Both the position numbers and the translations under genes were made by a program. From Anolis carolinensis (Eukaryota): DNA of 64,000 bases. Numbering within the stretch: position 1 is the first letter of the stretch; every line of letters starts with the position of its first letter. Location: positions 172,159,574 to 172,223,573 of the forward strand of contig NC_085841.1 in NCBI RefSeq assembly GCF_035594765.1, read 5' to 3'. Below, piece after piece: positions 25,801 to 37,926 of this stretch. Below the pieces are notes generated by a model. The model saw nothing but the letters and a program-made list of their open reading frames with translations. It had not been told where the DNA came from and did no database searches.

Positions 25801-25975
25801 TTTTTCTTTCTCCCTCTCTTGCTGAGTAAACAAAGGCCATTTTCTTTTTCTCCCCTCTGTAGTTGTGCTGCTGGTAGTGACCTGTGTCATATTTAGCATT
25901 CGAGTGGGCCTAGTCACTTGGAGACACAGAAAGGAGAATTTGGACAAACTACTTCCTCAAACTGCAACACTGTGA
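19793..25975 (+). CDS. Uncharacterised 303-aa, ~8-TM, Trp-rich membrane protein; 7 coding exons join(19793..19898,20490..20634,20751..20864,21250..21394,23413..23561,25175..25314,25863..25975)
   Basis: All six introns are GT-AG with matching phases (1,2,2,0,2,1); the exons total 912 nt = 303 aa + TGA with no internal stop. Motifs FTPASWAFFIW, LNIGWLFLWD and NGIALYATWTTIATLLN recall the si:ch211-161h7.5-like / TspO-related 8-TM family (from memory, not searched). Confidence 0.92.
20490..20634 (+). CDS. Coding exon 2 (GVFHTTVGNIS...LSGLCR)
   Basis: Acceptor ctgcag; donor gtactc. Confidence 0.92.
20751..20864 (+). CDS. Coding exon 3 (RNELGWVY...WLFLWDS)
   Basis: Poly-T tract then gtcag acceptor; donor gtaagt. 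Confidence 0.93.
20950..21077. mobile_element. Tc1/mariner (Tigger-like) terminal fragment in intron 3
   Basis: Ends gtaactcggggactgcctg-ta; homologous to 48825-48905. Confidence 0.7.
21250..21394 (+). CDS. Coding exon 4 (LLFSPALL...LWLIRIL)
   Basis: Acceptor tctttgcag; donor gtacag. Confidence 0.92.
21953..22092. mobile_element. Harbinger-like MITE in intron 4
   Basis: TIRs gggcccttccacac / gtgtggaagtgccc. Confidence 0.8.
22540..23345. mobile_element. Two degraded L2 3' fragments in opposite orientation (22540-22890 minus, 22955-23345 plus)
   Basis: ggtgccaatcgggcctc...gccacagaagagaagacc on one strand; ctccactgg...tataaagtgttggttttgatctttaaagccctacatggtttgggtcca (LHW...KVLVLIFKALHGLGP) on the other. 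Confidence 0.65.
23413..23561 (+). CDS. Coding exon 5 (VQNGIALYATW...EVAV)
   Basis: Acceptor ttttatgtggtag; donor gtaagt. Not reported in this frame by the ORF track. Confidence 0.92.
23832..24120. mobile_element. hAT (Charlie-like) non-autonomous fragment
   Basis: Starts with cagtggttctcaacctgtgggccgc; the opposite end is not evident. Confidence 0.6.
24693..24842. mobile_element. Harbinger-like MITE
   Basis: TIRs gggcccttccacacagc / gctgtgtggaaggggcc. Confidence 0.85.
25175..25314 (+). CDS. Coding exon 6 (WFYLENFLFDKYVRY...NIIT)
   Basis: Acceptor ttttgtgccaccag; donor gtgagt. Confidence 0.92.
25863..25975 (+). CDS. Coding exon 7 (VVLLVVTCVIFSIRVGLVTWRHRKE...TATL*)
   Basis: Long polypyrimidine tract then gtag acceptor; TGA at 25973-25975. 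Confidence 0.9.
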
Positions 25976-26000
25976 AGTTACCTGCTTCCTGAATGGAGCC

Positions 26001-26006
26001 ATTAAA
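26001..26006 (+). promoter_or_regulatory. Candidate polyadenylation signal ATTAAA
   Basis: Lies 25 nt after the stop codon, with GT/T-rich sequence downstream; unverified. Confidence 0.35.
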
Positions 26007-26281
26007 GAGAAAGTATGCCTTGAAGTCTTCTTCAATTGTGGATCAAGTTTGTAATTGTGCCTTGTAATCTTGTCTCAACCAACAGTTAACCAGAATATTT
26101 GTCCCATGCATTCATATTCAGCTAGCCTCTGAATATTGCCTCTTCATCACCCACATAGGGATTTTATGTATTCCAGAACAGAGATGGGAGTAGGGGAAAA
26201 ATATCTGCAGACCGATGGATCATATGTACTTCATGCTTTGGCTGTTCCCACAGCACCAGAATTACTACTGCAATATGCATT

Positions 26282-26414
26282 GGCTGGATCCAATTTCAGA
26301 ATATGGATTAACTGCAGTGAACTGGATTATTTCAGTCTACATTGCCCTATAATCCAGCTCAATACAATTAATCTGCATTCTGAAACTGGATTATAGGGCA
26401 GTGTAGATCCAGCC
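26282..26414. mobile_element. Harbinger-like MITE remnant
   Basis: ggctggatc ... ggcagtgtagatccagcc. Confidence 0.6.
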
Positions 26415-26736
26415 TGAATGCCGTGTTTTAATGCAAAATCACACCCAAGAACTTCCTAGAAGTGTGGTTTTGCATGAAAGAAAGCACAAACTCTCTATTG
26501 TTCTGGCTTTAGGAAACAGAAGCAGCTGGGTGTAGTTCCTGAGGCTTCCAGAGAAGGAGAAGGCGGCTGCAAATGTGGTTATTGCACACCTGCTTTACAG
26601 ATAGAGCCTATATCAGGATAAAGTTAAACTACATATCAAATTAATATGGGAACTTTAAGGTTCTCTGCTTTTATGCAATAGCTTAATTTGAGTTTTACAG
26701 TTACCTTAGTGTCTCCTTATAATACACTGACACAAA

Positions 26737-27030
26737 GGAGCCCCTGGTGGCGCAGTGGGTTAAACCCTTGTGCCGGTAGGATTGGTGACTTGAAAGTTGG
26801 GTTGCTGACCTGAAGGTTGCTGGTTTGAATCCAACCCGGGAAGAGTGTGGATGAGCTCCCTCTATCAGCTCCAGCTCCATGTGGGGACATGAGAGAAGCC
26901 CCCCACAAGGATGGTAAAAAACATCAAAAGCATCCAGGCATCCCCTGGGCAACGTCCTTGCAGACAGCCAATTCTCTCACACCAGAAGTGACTTGCAGTT
27001 TCTCAAGTCGCTCCTGACATGAGAAAAAAA
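26737..27030 (+). mobile_element. tRNA-derived SINE (Anolis SINE2-like)
   Basis: Head ggagcccctggtggcgcagtgggttaa; 3' end cacaccagaagtgacttgcagtttctcaagtcgctcctgac plus A-tail; gacacaaa duplicated at both flanks. Confidence 0.9.
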
Positions 27031-27656
27031 GCAGACACAAAAACTGTCAAGTTATACCTTTTAAAAACCTATGCTTAATTAGCAAGTGTGCAGCTCCGTA
27101 CCCTGAGAGCTCTACTTCTTATAATTAAATATCTTGAGCTGTGCTCCCATTCGCAGCAGAAGAAAAGTGGTCTGTTGATTTGACTGGAATGAAGCCAAAA
27201 CCCAAAGCTCTTTCGGATGCTACATTTGCTGAAATGCAAAGCTGAGATACATAAGTGGCTCAGAGGCTCCTGGGAATGATGCCAGACTCGTGTCTCACAC
27301 ACAAAGCCATTATGAAGCCTTCTTTTCCCCACCCCCATTGCCATTTTCTGGCTTATTCTTTAAACAAACATGGTTTCCAGGAAGCAACCTAAGAAAAGAT
27401 GATTTTAGAAGCAGCTCTTCCTCCACACAGGTCCAGCATTTCTAATCTTGATAATTTTGTAGTAGACGCACTTGCTTCCATACTAACCTTTTCCCCTGAC
27501 ATTTCCCTCTGTATTTCCTTGCATATTCATTTTCTTTTTGTATTACCCCTTTTTAAAAAATTAGAATGCAGCATTTTAGGGTTATCAATCTGGAATGCAG
27601 TCTTTCTCTTTTTCTACTGTCATCTTCCTTAGTGCCTTTTCTATGTGGCAATCTGA

Positions 27657-28336
27657 GAGTCCATCCAGACAGGCCCAAAACGTGGGACTGGTCTGGGTTT
27701 TTACTGGGAGCGTCCAAACAACGCCTTAGTAAAAACAAATTAATTTGGAATAACTTTTGTTATTCTGAATTAATTAAATATCCCATTAGATCTGGTCCTT
27801 CCTGAAAGGCCCAGATCTAATAGGGTATTGGGACTGTGGAGACACATTATCGGGTAGTCCAGTCCCCATTTGCCATCCCGAACCTTTTGGGGTCCTGGAG
27901 CCCAAGGGTTTGGGATGGTGCCCAGCCCTTCCCCCAGCCTGCAAAACAGTCCTTAAAAGTAAAAAAAAAAAAAAAAAGTACATGGCCATCATTAAGGTCC
28001 TCCTTGCACCCTCCTGGCATGTGAAAATGATGTGCCAGAAGACAGGGTGGGAGAGGGATTTTCCTCCTCGCCACCCCTTTCTCCTGGAACATCATTTCCT
28101 CATGCCAGGAGGACGCAAGGAGGACTTTAATGGAGGCCAGGTAAAGTTTTTTAAAAAATTTAAGGGCTGTTTTGGGGGGCTTCTAGGTGGTTGTATGCCA
28201 TCCCGATTGTTATCAAGATGGCATGTAGCCACCCTCCGCAGGAAAGCCCAGGTTTCTTGTGGTGACTAAAACCCATACCGAAGCGGATTTTTTAAACCCA
28301 CTTCAGCATGGGTTTTACCCCTGTGCGGAAGCTCCC
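27657..28336. mobile_element. Harbinger-like non-autonomous element with a long internal palindrome
   Basis: 3-bp tga flanks, degenerate TIRs, and an inverted repeat across 27942-28173. Confidence 0.6.
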
Positions 28337-28379
28337 TGAGTTAAGTCATCTTGGTCTCTGGGAAGAATTCAGGCTTGAA

Positions 28380-28493
28380 TTTGTTTTATTGTTTTGCTTT
28401 TGCTTTTATATTGTTGTGTCTGGGCAAGGCCCCATGTAAGCCGCCCTGAGTCCCTTTGGGGAGATGGGGCAGGGTATAAGAATAAAGTTGTTG

Positions 28494-28546
<53 letters not shown>

Positions 28547-28555
28547 TTATTATTG
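28380..28555 (+). mobile_element. L2-type 3' end with (GTT)/(ATT)n microsatellite tail
   Basis: gtaagccgccctgagtccctttggggagatggggcagggtataagaataaa, the reverse of the L2 end at ~14410-14460. Confidence 0.8.
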
Positions 28556-31500
28556 AATTGCTCAAGAACCCATTGATCTGTCTTTTTAGCAGTCTAAAGC
28601 ATCCATAGAATTCTCCAGGACCATTTCAAATGAACTGATTTTCTTCTGCATCCAGCTTTTACAACCTTACATAGACATTACACAAAGTCCACCTAAAAAT
28701 CTACCATTACTACATATTAGCAAGTCCATTTTTGGAACAGCTACCACTACTACTCATATTCTTACTAGAGAACCCCAGAGTTTACAAACCAATACTTGTG
28801 TCTAGGAACACAAGTGCAATTTCCCTTCATTTCCTGATCATCCTGTCAGCAACTGAGCTGAGTTACCGCAGGGACAGAGTATCTACCAGGCAAAAGCAAG
28901 CTGACAGGTCAGTTTTCTTCCACTGGCTTGGGCTAAAACATGGGCCAGTTCCTTAGTCAGCATTTCTTGGTCAATCATGCACAGAAGCACAGCTAATTCC
29001 TTTCATTTGGCTCTTTAACCCGCATGCTAGATACAAAAAGTGATTGCATAAGTGAACGGAACAATGTTGCCTGAGCCACTCTCTAGCCGACCCACAAGGA
29101 AAGGCTGTCTGAATTGTTCTTACAGTTTGGAAGGTAACAGTGGTGATCACTGGGTGGAAAATGTCTCAATGGGTGTGCTCCTCCAGCACTGTTAACAAGG
29201 ATAGCTTGTTGAATTCATTGCCTCTGCAGTTGAACTGAGGGCTCAAGGAATGTGCAGTATTTATGAAATGGATGAAACCTGAAATAGTTCCACAAATATG
29301 AAAGGAGACATATACAAAAGGAACATATGCCCTCGGTGGCAAAGCCCAGCAAGTCAACTTACTCAGGCAACCAGAACTAGAGGGGTGATGCCGCAAGCTA
29401 GCTATAGAAGTTAATCCATAGAGCACAAGGTGATCTTAGTGTACTGTGTCCTTCTTTAAATATGTGCTTGCAGATAACAGTAACTACATGGCTTTGGAAG
29501 ATCTTTTTTCCCTTTGAGACTTATTGGACAGTTGTTTAATCAACATTACTTACAAGGCATAGTTGGCCTTGGTGAGCCTGAAGATGTGTCTTGTGCACTC
29601 TCCATTTCTTTCCTTTTTTTGGTATCGGTGTCTACTGCATCACTATAGAAAAGAGTAAGAAATATGATGGTGCTTTTCATCAGCAATGCCAACCAGAATG
29701 CGTCACTTGGTGCTTGAATTATGATAGGAAATCTGGAGGCAATCTCAAAAGATTTGTGATTGATTGGTTTAATTTTCCCAACATGGACTCAAGGCAACCA
29801 AAAAGTTGAGCAAAACCAAATACAGTTAATACTATGGTTATTAAAAAAAATTAGTAGTTAAAATATAGTTGTCCACCATAAATTGCTAATTTATGGTTGC
29901 CAACTATAAGAACATGTGCCCTTGTTGCTCTATGAAAGTGTTGTTTTAAAATCAACGTCACATTAAAATGTTAACTTAAAACAGTTTTTGAATGACAGTC
30001 AAGCATAAAAAAGATGAAAGAATAAATTCAACTCAAAACCCAGTTAAAAGACCATATGCACTAAATAGCTTTCATTCAAAGCCAGACCATATAATTGTAA
30101 CATTCTAAAGAGCCTACGGAGGTTGTGAAAAAGTTGAAATCTGCCAGAGCCCCCTGACTTCAGCCACCAGGTCTTCCCCCCTCCAAGTATTGATATTACC
30201 CATTTACATTTGCCTCATGCAATAGGATTGCACACCGCTTCTCTACTCCCCTCAGTTGAATTTGGAGGTCACTACATTCCTCCAGGCCCAGGGCAAGGGC
30301 CTATCCATGCACAATTTTCTATTGGGAAAACAGCAATCTCCAAAGCCTTTTGGAAGTGTGACCCTTTTGGAGATTAATTGGCTTTCACACTATTTGGAAT
30401 AATCATAACCTTTGGATAGGCATAACCTTGTTAGAGATCGTAACCTTTTGTAAAGTATCATCTTCCTGAGAAGAAATAAAAACTTGAGTCAATCTTCTCC
30501 TTGGTGATAAATATTCACTAGTATTCATGCAAGGCAATTTAGGTTTCTCAGCTGTTAGACGGAAATCCCTGGTTATGTCTTTAAACTGTTAGGAACAAAG
30601 ATATGCCCATGCACAAAATATATAGCACAGTGGTTAACATATTTGAAACATAAGGAGAGCAGGCAAGATAAAATTTCTCATCTCCACTTTCCCCATTCTC
30701 ACCCCCAAAGCTCCCACTAAACCAACATAAACCCACAGATTTGCATAGCTGAGATAAAATCGAGGCATCAGAAGCAATCCAGTTAGAGTTGCCATGTCAT
30801 TGGTGGATGGTGATGACTGTACACTTGTGCATTCCAGGTAAACCACGATCCGTTTCAGTGTTCCAGATATCGATGGGGTCCTGATCTGTTTTTCAGGAGC
30901 CTCTTGAATGTGGGAAAACCGAAAGTTTGATCTGTGAAACCGAAAGTTTCATTTTCTATCTGGCTCATTAGTGGCAATTGAGGGGGGGGGGGGACTTCTC
31001 ACAGGCTCCCCTTCCTGTCATTTTAAACATTGTGTTTGTCCTTATAGCCTTCATTAAGACCTTGATTAAAAGTATCAAGGTTAAGATACTACACTTTCTG
31101 CAATCCTTTCACTTCTGCCTGTAGAGGAGACTGGGTTGAATGCTCCGTTAAAGCTGTTTCTTACTCTAGAAGAAATAGGAGCTGCAGGCGCGCACACTCT
31201 CTCCCTGCAGTAGACAGTTTTCAAAGGCATTTTAAGGAGGTTTCCCACTTCCCCGGGGAAGGAAGAGAGATCGACCTGGAGGTATCTTACCCTGGGCTTC
31301 CTTTAAAAAGTCCTCTATTCACTTTTGATTTGGAGATGCTGGAGTAGTGCCTTTCCCCCCTCATGCTTTCCCTTCTAGCAGTTGCCCCCCCTCCCCATAC
31401 TCCACGTGTTACCAAAAGCAGCCTGTTTTCGACAGCCACTATTCTGTTGCAGCTAGTAAAAAAATGGCAGTGGAGCCCATGCTGTTACGGGCTTCCAAAC

Positions 31501-32554
31501 CAACTGAACAAGCTGAAGGCAAATGTCCACAACGAATCTGTACACAAGCCTAGATGACTGCTCATAAAATGCCAGCAAAGTGGTATCCTCATTGCTACTT
31601 GATTTTTTCTTTCTTTCACAGTTATGGGCAATACCTATTAGCCTATCTGGTACATACATGTTGTGGAACTGTAGAAAGTGGCTGTGGTTTGGCTAAATAG
31701 TGTGGCCTCCCATATATGTGTACGGTGTGTTCCCAGACCTCATATAGATATGTGAAACTGGGGATAATAGTGAACCTTATTGAATTTAAGGACTTACTGC
31801 CCCAAAATATCATACAACCTTGAAAATGTCTTTCTCAGACATGGGTAAATGAAACCATAGCTGCCAGTACTAGAAATAAAGGGATTATAATTCTTCCAGC
31901 TAGCCCCAGAACAGGTCAATTTAAGAGCAAGTAGGTATGGATTCACTGCTGATGTTTTCCTCAGCCAATGGCTATGGTGGCTGGGACAGCCTGGGAATTG
32001 TAGTCACTTAGCTATAAGCAGTACTGCCATATTTTTTCCTCTGTGCCAAATGTACTTAGATATCAAGCAAAGCAGGAGCTGAAAGCAATAGGTTTATCTT
32101 CAGATGGTAAGTGAGGTTGCACTGGGGTTGAATATGACATGACTAGCTGGGCCATTTTGTGTGGCTGACACAGATTGTATAAATAACTGTAGGTAGGTCT
32201 TCCCTTATGATTTGGCTGGCATATTGCTATGCATGGTTGGCAGGCTCTTGGCACTGGGATATGCATGTGCATAGTGTAACTGACATGGATGATCATGAGA
32301 TTTACTCACAAGTTTGCATTCAGGCTTCTTCCATCACATATTGGCTGCCTGGCTTTCAAGATAATCTAACTTTGAGCTGAAAGAGTGGGGAACAGACAGA
32401 TCTTCTGTTTGTAAGGCTCCTCTGTCATGAGTTGGCTGATTCTTCTTACATTTTACATTTTCTCTACCTGTAGAATTGGACAATACCTTCTAAAATGACT
32501 TCCAATTACAGAAATGTTGGATTTTTCACAACATACAGACACAAATTAGCACAA

Positions 32555-32748
32555 TGCCTCTTCCTTATGACATCCTTTCACATATTTATTCATGGCTATC
32601 ATGTCTCCTCTCAGCCTTCTCTTCTTCAGGTTAAACAGACCCAGTCTTTAAGCTGCTGCTCAGAAGCAACAATATCCAGACCTTTTATCATTTTAGTGTC
32701 CCTCCTCTGGACATTTTCCAGCTTTTCAATATCTCTTTTAAATTGTGG
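32555..32748 (-). mobile_element. CR1 ORF2 fragment
   Basis: PQFKRDIEKLENVQRRDTKMIKGL. Confidence 0.85.
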
Positions 32749-33454
32749 TAAATTTGGATATTTATAGAGCAGCAACAAGAAGTAATCAGTGTTGAATTTC
32801 AGTATCATGAGATCAGAAATTCAGAATCATGGCAAACAAATTGGCCATATCTGATCCACAGGAATTATATTAATCTACATCTGAATATATCTGCATACAA
32901 TAGCATAGCCTTCAACAATTTAAACACTGAACCAGAAAAGAGAGAGAAAAACCCTTTGCAAATGAGAGAAAACAAACACACCCACTATTTAATTGGTATG
33001 ATGAATGAATGAATATAGAAGCTTATACAAGATAGCATCTAGCTCCCATAAACTAGAATATCTAGTTTAGCAGCATGCAAAGCAAATCTCCAAGCCAGCT
33101 CTGGAAAAGATAAAGCAGTGTAGTTAGCAACAATCAAAACATACCTAGGAAAGACAAAGGAGGGACATTTAATGGCTGGATTTATATACTGGATGCCTGC
33201 CAGCATCATAAGTCTTGATTGTCTTTCAGTACTTTGATTTTATTTGTGCGATAACCATACAGTGATTAGGATTATGTATGTGACATAGTGATGACACTAG
33301 TGCTCCTCGGGTAGATATTGTTCAGGAAGGTATTGACTATCTCTTTGTACAATCAACCTCTTCCCAGCACTATAGAGAATGATGGTGCTGGGGATCATCC
33401 TGAAGGCCAGCTGGTAGCTGAGTGGGCAGGGAAGTGACCAGGCACTCTCTAACT

Positions 33455-33589
33455 CAATGGTTCTCAACCTGGGGTCCCCAGATGTTCTTGTCCTAAAACT
33501 CCCAGAAATCCCAGCCAGTTTACCAGCTGTTAGGATGTTTGCAAGTTGAAGGCCAAAAACACCTGGCGACCCCTGGTTGAGAACTACTG
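33455..33589. mobile_element. 135-bp palindromic hAT MITE
   Basis: TIRs caatggttctcaacc / ggttgagaactactg; 8-bp TSD ctctaact / gtctaact. Confidence 0.9.
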
Positions 33590-33635
33590 GTCTAACTGAA
33601 GTTGAACGGCTGAAGAAAAAGGAAACGGTCACCTT

Positions 33636-33800
33636 CTGCCTCACCACACCAGAGCATGGATCGACTTTAAATCGGGTTTCTGCCTCCTGCAGAATTCTGG
33701 AGTTTGTAGTTTGGTGAGGCCCAGGACATGTCTGGCTGAGCTGTTTAATCCCTAAAGTGGATTTAAAGTGGATTCAAACTCTAGTGTGATGAGATCCCTT
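33636..33800. mobile_element. Harbinger-like MITE
   Basis: Inverted ends ctcaccacaccagag..gatcgactttaaatc / gatttaaagtggattc..ctctagtgtgatgag. Confidence 0.65.
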
Positions 33801-34423
33801 CTCTGTTTTTACACTTGACTAGCTACTCTGTATCCCTTGAGGCACTAGGTTGTGAATTCACTGCTAAGTCATCTGATCAAGTGAGTCTCTGCCTGCAAAC
33901 CAGCAACCCCCAGTTCCCCATATTTCCATACAAAGAGTATTTCATCCTTTGCACTTGTCAGGGCTAAGTAGGACGAGGAGGGGATGGGCGGTCTCTATGT
34001 GTGGTTTCTGTTGTGTGGGAGGGGATGTCTATAGAGTTTACGGGGATCCTCCCCAGAAGCCTAGGCACACGAGTGCCTGAGCTGGAGAAGAACCGACATG
34101 ATTAATAGAGGTACCTAAATATACACACAGCTGCTAAAGGACTTCCATGCATGTTTAGATAAATAATGTATATAAGGATTTTTGAAAAGGTTAAAACCAC
34201 AACATTATTAAAAGTCACAACCGTTGAACCCCTGTGGACAAGAAGAAGCAAGCCTTAATTGATGGATCTTCCAAACCACCTTTCTGAACATTGAACTACA
34301 CCTGGAAATGGGGAGGCTGTCAGGAAATACTGGAAAACAAGGGCAGGAGCAGAACATCCCCTTGGATGTTGCAGGTGTGCCTTGTTTAGCATTTATGCTT
34401 TGATGCTGAAACAGTTAATTAGA

Positions 34424-34566
34424 TCAGGGCTGGGAAATGCCTGGCCCACTGCTTGTTGCGGGACTATAATTCTCACTATCCCTAGCCAATGTGGCCAGTG
34501 GGGGAAATGATGGGAGTTACAGTTCAACCACATTTATAGTTCAACTACATATTTGCCAGCCTTGCT
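34424..34566. mobile_element. Old hAT-like MITE
   Basis: cagggctgggaaatg ... tatttgccagccttg, with an internal ggactataattctcact / gatgggagttacagttc inversion. Confidence 0.5.
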
Positions 34567-35427
34567 TTCAATTATGCATTTGCATTTTGTATCTCAAATA
34601 TCTAAACCTTTTAACATCTTTAGTCCCACCTTGCTCAGCCATGTGTCTGTGTGCAAATACACATACATTCTCTTCCTCCTGCTTCATGTTTTTGCTCATA
34701 TGATAGCAGCACATATGTAACTCATTTGAGTTGATTAATTTCCTGCTCAATGAGCTAGATTCAAGATAAGCTCCCATGGGCCTCTACAAGAAGTTTTTCC
34801 AGAATGCTTAGTAGGCAGAGATAGTAATGTACCTGTATGTACAATTATTATCAGAAAACAAGTGTATCATTCACAGAAGATTCTGTGATTAAGCAATGGG
34901 GAAGTCGAGGCATCAAGTCTAGTAAGACATGCAAACCCCTAATTTTTAAGAGATTTGCCTCCCAGATTTATTTCTCCTTTGCTTCTCTCTGGGGAAGCTA
35001 CGTGGGCTTTAACAGACAGACTTGGTTTCCAGATGACCAAAAGATAAGCCTAGTTTCTGGAATGTGTATATTTCCAGTTTAAACTAAAACCTTGATTCCC
35101 AACCACCCGCTTCCTGCATGTCCTCAATCCAGCACACAATTTCACTGCTGCTATAGTCAACTGCACAAATTCGCATGCACACAGAAGCCAAGATTTCCTT
35201 ATAAATGCAGATAACAGGAAACTCCAGTAAATTACACTGTCATCATAAGCTACTTCAGCAGCAAAATGGGCAACCACACTAGACAACTTTGAAGGGCTGA
35301 CATACTTCTCAACTGACAATTTCTCAACTGAGAAATTTCCCAGTTGTAGGACACTTCAGCCCCTTTTCAAGCATGGAGAGGCACTGAGGTCATCACATGC
35401 ATTAAACTATTTACATCTGCCATGCAA

Positions 35428-35702
35428 GGAGCCCCCGGTGGAGTAGTGGGTTAAAGCCTTGTGACTTGAAGGTTGGGTTGCTGACCTGAAGGCTGCCAGG
35501 TTCGAATCCCACCCGGGGAGAGCGCGGATAAGCTCCCTCTATCAGCTCCAGCTCCATGCGGGGACATGAGAGAAGCCTCCCACAAGGATGATAAAAATAT
35601 CAAAAAACATCCAGGCGTCCCCTGGGCAACGTCCTTGCAGATGGCCAATTCTTTCACACCAGAAGCGACTCAGGTTGCTCCTGACACACACACAAAAAAA
35701 AA
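35428..35702 (+). mobile_element. tRNA-derived SINE (Anolis SINE2-like)
   Basis: B box ggttcgaatccc; A-tail; degenerate TSD atctgccatgca / atatgtcatgca; homologous to 26737. Confidence 0.9.
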
Positions 35703-36489
35703 TATGTCATGCATAGTCCTCCATGGTTGAAAACAGGCAGAAATGTCCTGAAAGGAGGGAACTTTGAACATGGACCAGCAATCATGTTCAGAGTTCCTAC
35801 CTCCTATCACACTTTACTCACATCTTTACAACTGAAAAAACAGGTGGGATGGGAACCATCAAAAATTTTCGACCCTGTTCTATTGCCCAACCGACAGCAA
35901 TAGTTTTAACCTGAATCCTATGGGGTCACTTGTATCCTATGGTGTTTGGGACAGAACCATAGGATCCCGTGGAAAGCAATGTTTTTAAATTGGTCAGTCT
36001 ACTTTAATGTAAGAGGCTTGGGCAGGGCAAGGGATCTCTTGGCTTTTGGATATTGTTGTTTCTCCTGATTAAAAACAAAAAAAACTGACCTTGTGATGAA
36101 TGTATTGCCAGCTCTTGAGTTTCCACATGTGAGTGTGATGGGAAGACAGAACAGAAAATGAGACTGCTGACACTATAAGAGGGGTGATTCTCTACTCTTA
36201 AAGGGACAGTCACCCATGCTTTCCCCTCTCAATGTGATGAGGTGGATAATAGTATACACTTTTCAGTCACAGTCCTTAATGAGAAGTTTATAATAATGAT
36301 GGACTCCACCCACACTAACATTTTCAGCTTTTTTTAACAGATGTGTTTATGTTACTTTTTTGTTTCTTCAGTTAGACTCTGGATGAATAGATCAAGAACT
36401 GCTTTCATTGCTTCTCCCTGTTTCTATTTTTGTATAGACAACTAAATCACAATTACGCTGATATCCTCAGTTATGAATTGATTTCAACT

Positions 36490-36625
36490 TGTGGGAACAT
36501 GAGAGAAGCCTCCCAGCAGGATGGTAATACATCCAGGCATCCCCTGGGCAACATCTCTATAGGTGGCCAATTCTGTCACACCAGAAGCAACTTGCACTAT
36601 GTTCTCAATCCACTTCTGACACGAT
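36490..36625 (+). mobile_element. SINE2-like 3' fragment
   Basis: acatgagagaagcctccc...cacaccagaagcaacttgca. Confidence 0.8.
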
Positions 36626-37926
36626 TTAAAAATGGGATAAAATCATTTCTCACAATGAATAGAAATGCTTCTCTTAGCTTTTTCTAGCCCACACTTCCAT
36701 TATTTCCTTATCTTTTCCTCTAAATGTGAATAGGTCAGTAAATGCGACATAACCAAATTCTTCTTCAGTGCAACATTCTATTTCTTAAACCCTCAGAGAT
36801 GTCTCCAAATGACTGCTTCTATTCCCAAACCTTCCATCTCAATATTTTACTAAGAGAAATGCATGGGGTGAGAAGTGTACCTCTAAATTTTTTAAATTAT
36901 TGCCTTGATGTTGGAAGAAATAGCTATAGCCACATGGGTTCTTCAGCATCAGGTCTTAATCCCACTCCTCGGTTTTTAAACTGTTCTTTAAAATTCCATC
37001 TGACAGGTCTGTTCATGCTTCATTGCAGTGTAGACCTACGATAACCCATTTTCCCCTTTTCCGTTGCTCAGCTGCCTCTTGCTTTTGTCATGACATTACA
37101 ACAAGCCCATTATTATGTGTATGATGATTGACTAATTTGACTTACTGAGATCAGTATTGACTATGATTAATTATTCCCTTTTAAAATCAAATTCACCAGC
37201 TATTTTCCAGAAATCTGTTCCAGAAAGGCCAAATGAGACATTATGGTGGTGGGAAGAAAGCAGTAAATCTTGTGCTAATTGTTTCAGGTCAGTGAAGATC
37301 CAAAAACCTGTCTTCGCTTCCACCTCTGATGGCTAAAATTACAAGCCTAATTCATTCAGAGAATCTCATTCGCAGTGTAGTATTTAATATTAAAAATTCT
37401 GTCTTACACAAGAGGGACCAAATTAGCAAATAACTGAGTTACTTAACACTAAAGGACTGATTAGATTCCCTTCACACACTTCACCAAGACTAATATGTCC
37501 AACTGCACTGCATGTATTGCTACCCTGGAGAGAAGTCAGCCCGATTATTATGAACTGTGCAATGAGCTCCCTGTTAAGCCCGGAGGAATACATCTGCAGT
37601 GCTTGGTGGCCTATTTTACGAAGGTTTTACAGCCATTAACTCGTGCTATCTTTAATTGGGTAGACACTTAACTCTAAGTTGCAAATACCAAATGTACCCA
37701 AGTTAAAAGAAGTCCTCCCTCTCCCCCACAATAGCTAGGGCTGCAACCCTCTACTGCAGAAAAAGTACCATCAAGCATAGTGGGACTTACTTGAGACTTA
37801 GCAAGCTTAGAGTGAGACCGAACATCTCTGGTGTCAACAAACTGCAGAATAGCACCTGGGATGACATCATGAATGCACTGTATACAAGATCTTCATTATT
37901 TGGAAATACATCATTTCATGCCAATT

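Noticed and set aside
35428-35515. tRNA gene (A/B boxes, ggttcgaatccc)
   Set aside because: It is the head of a SINE followed by the SINE body and A-tail; no cloverleaf.
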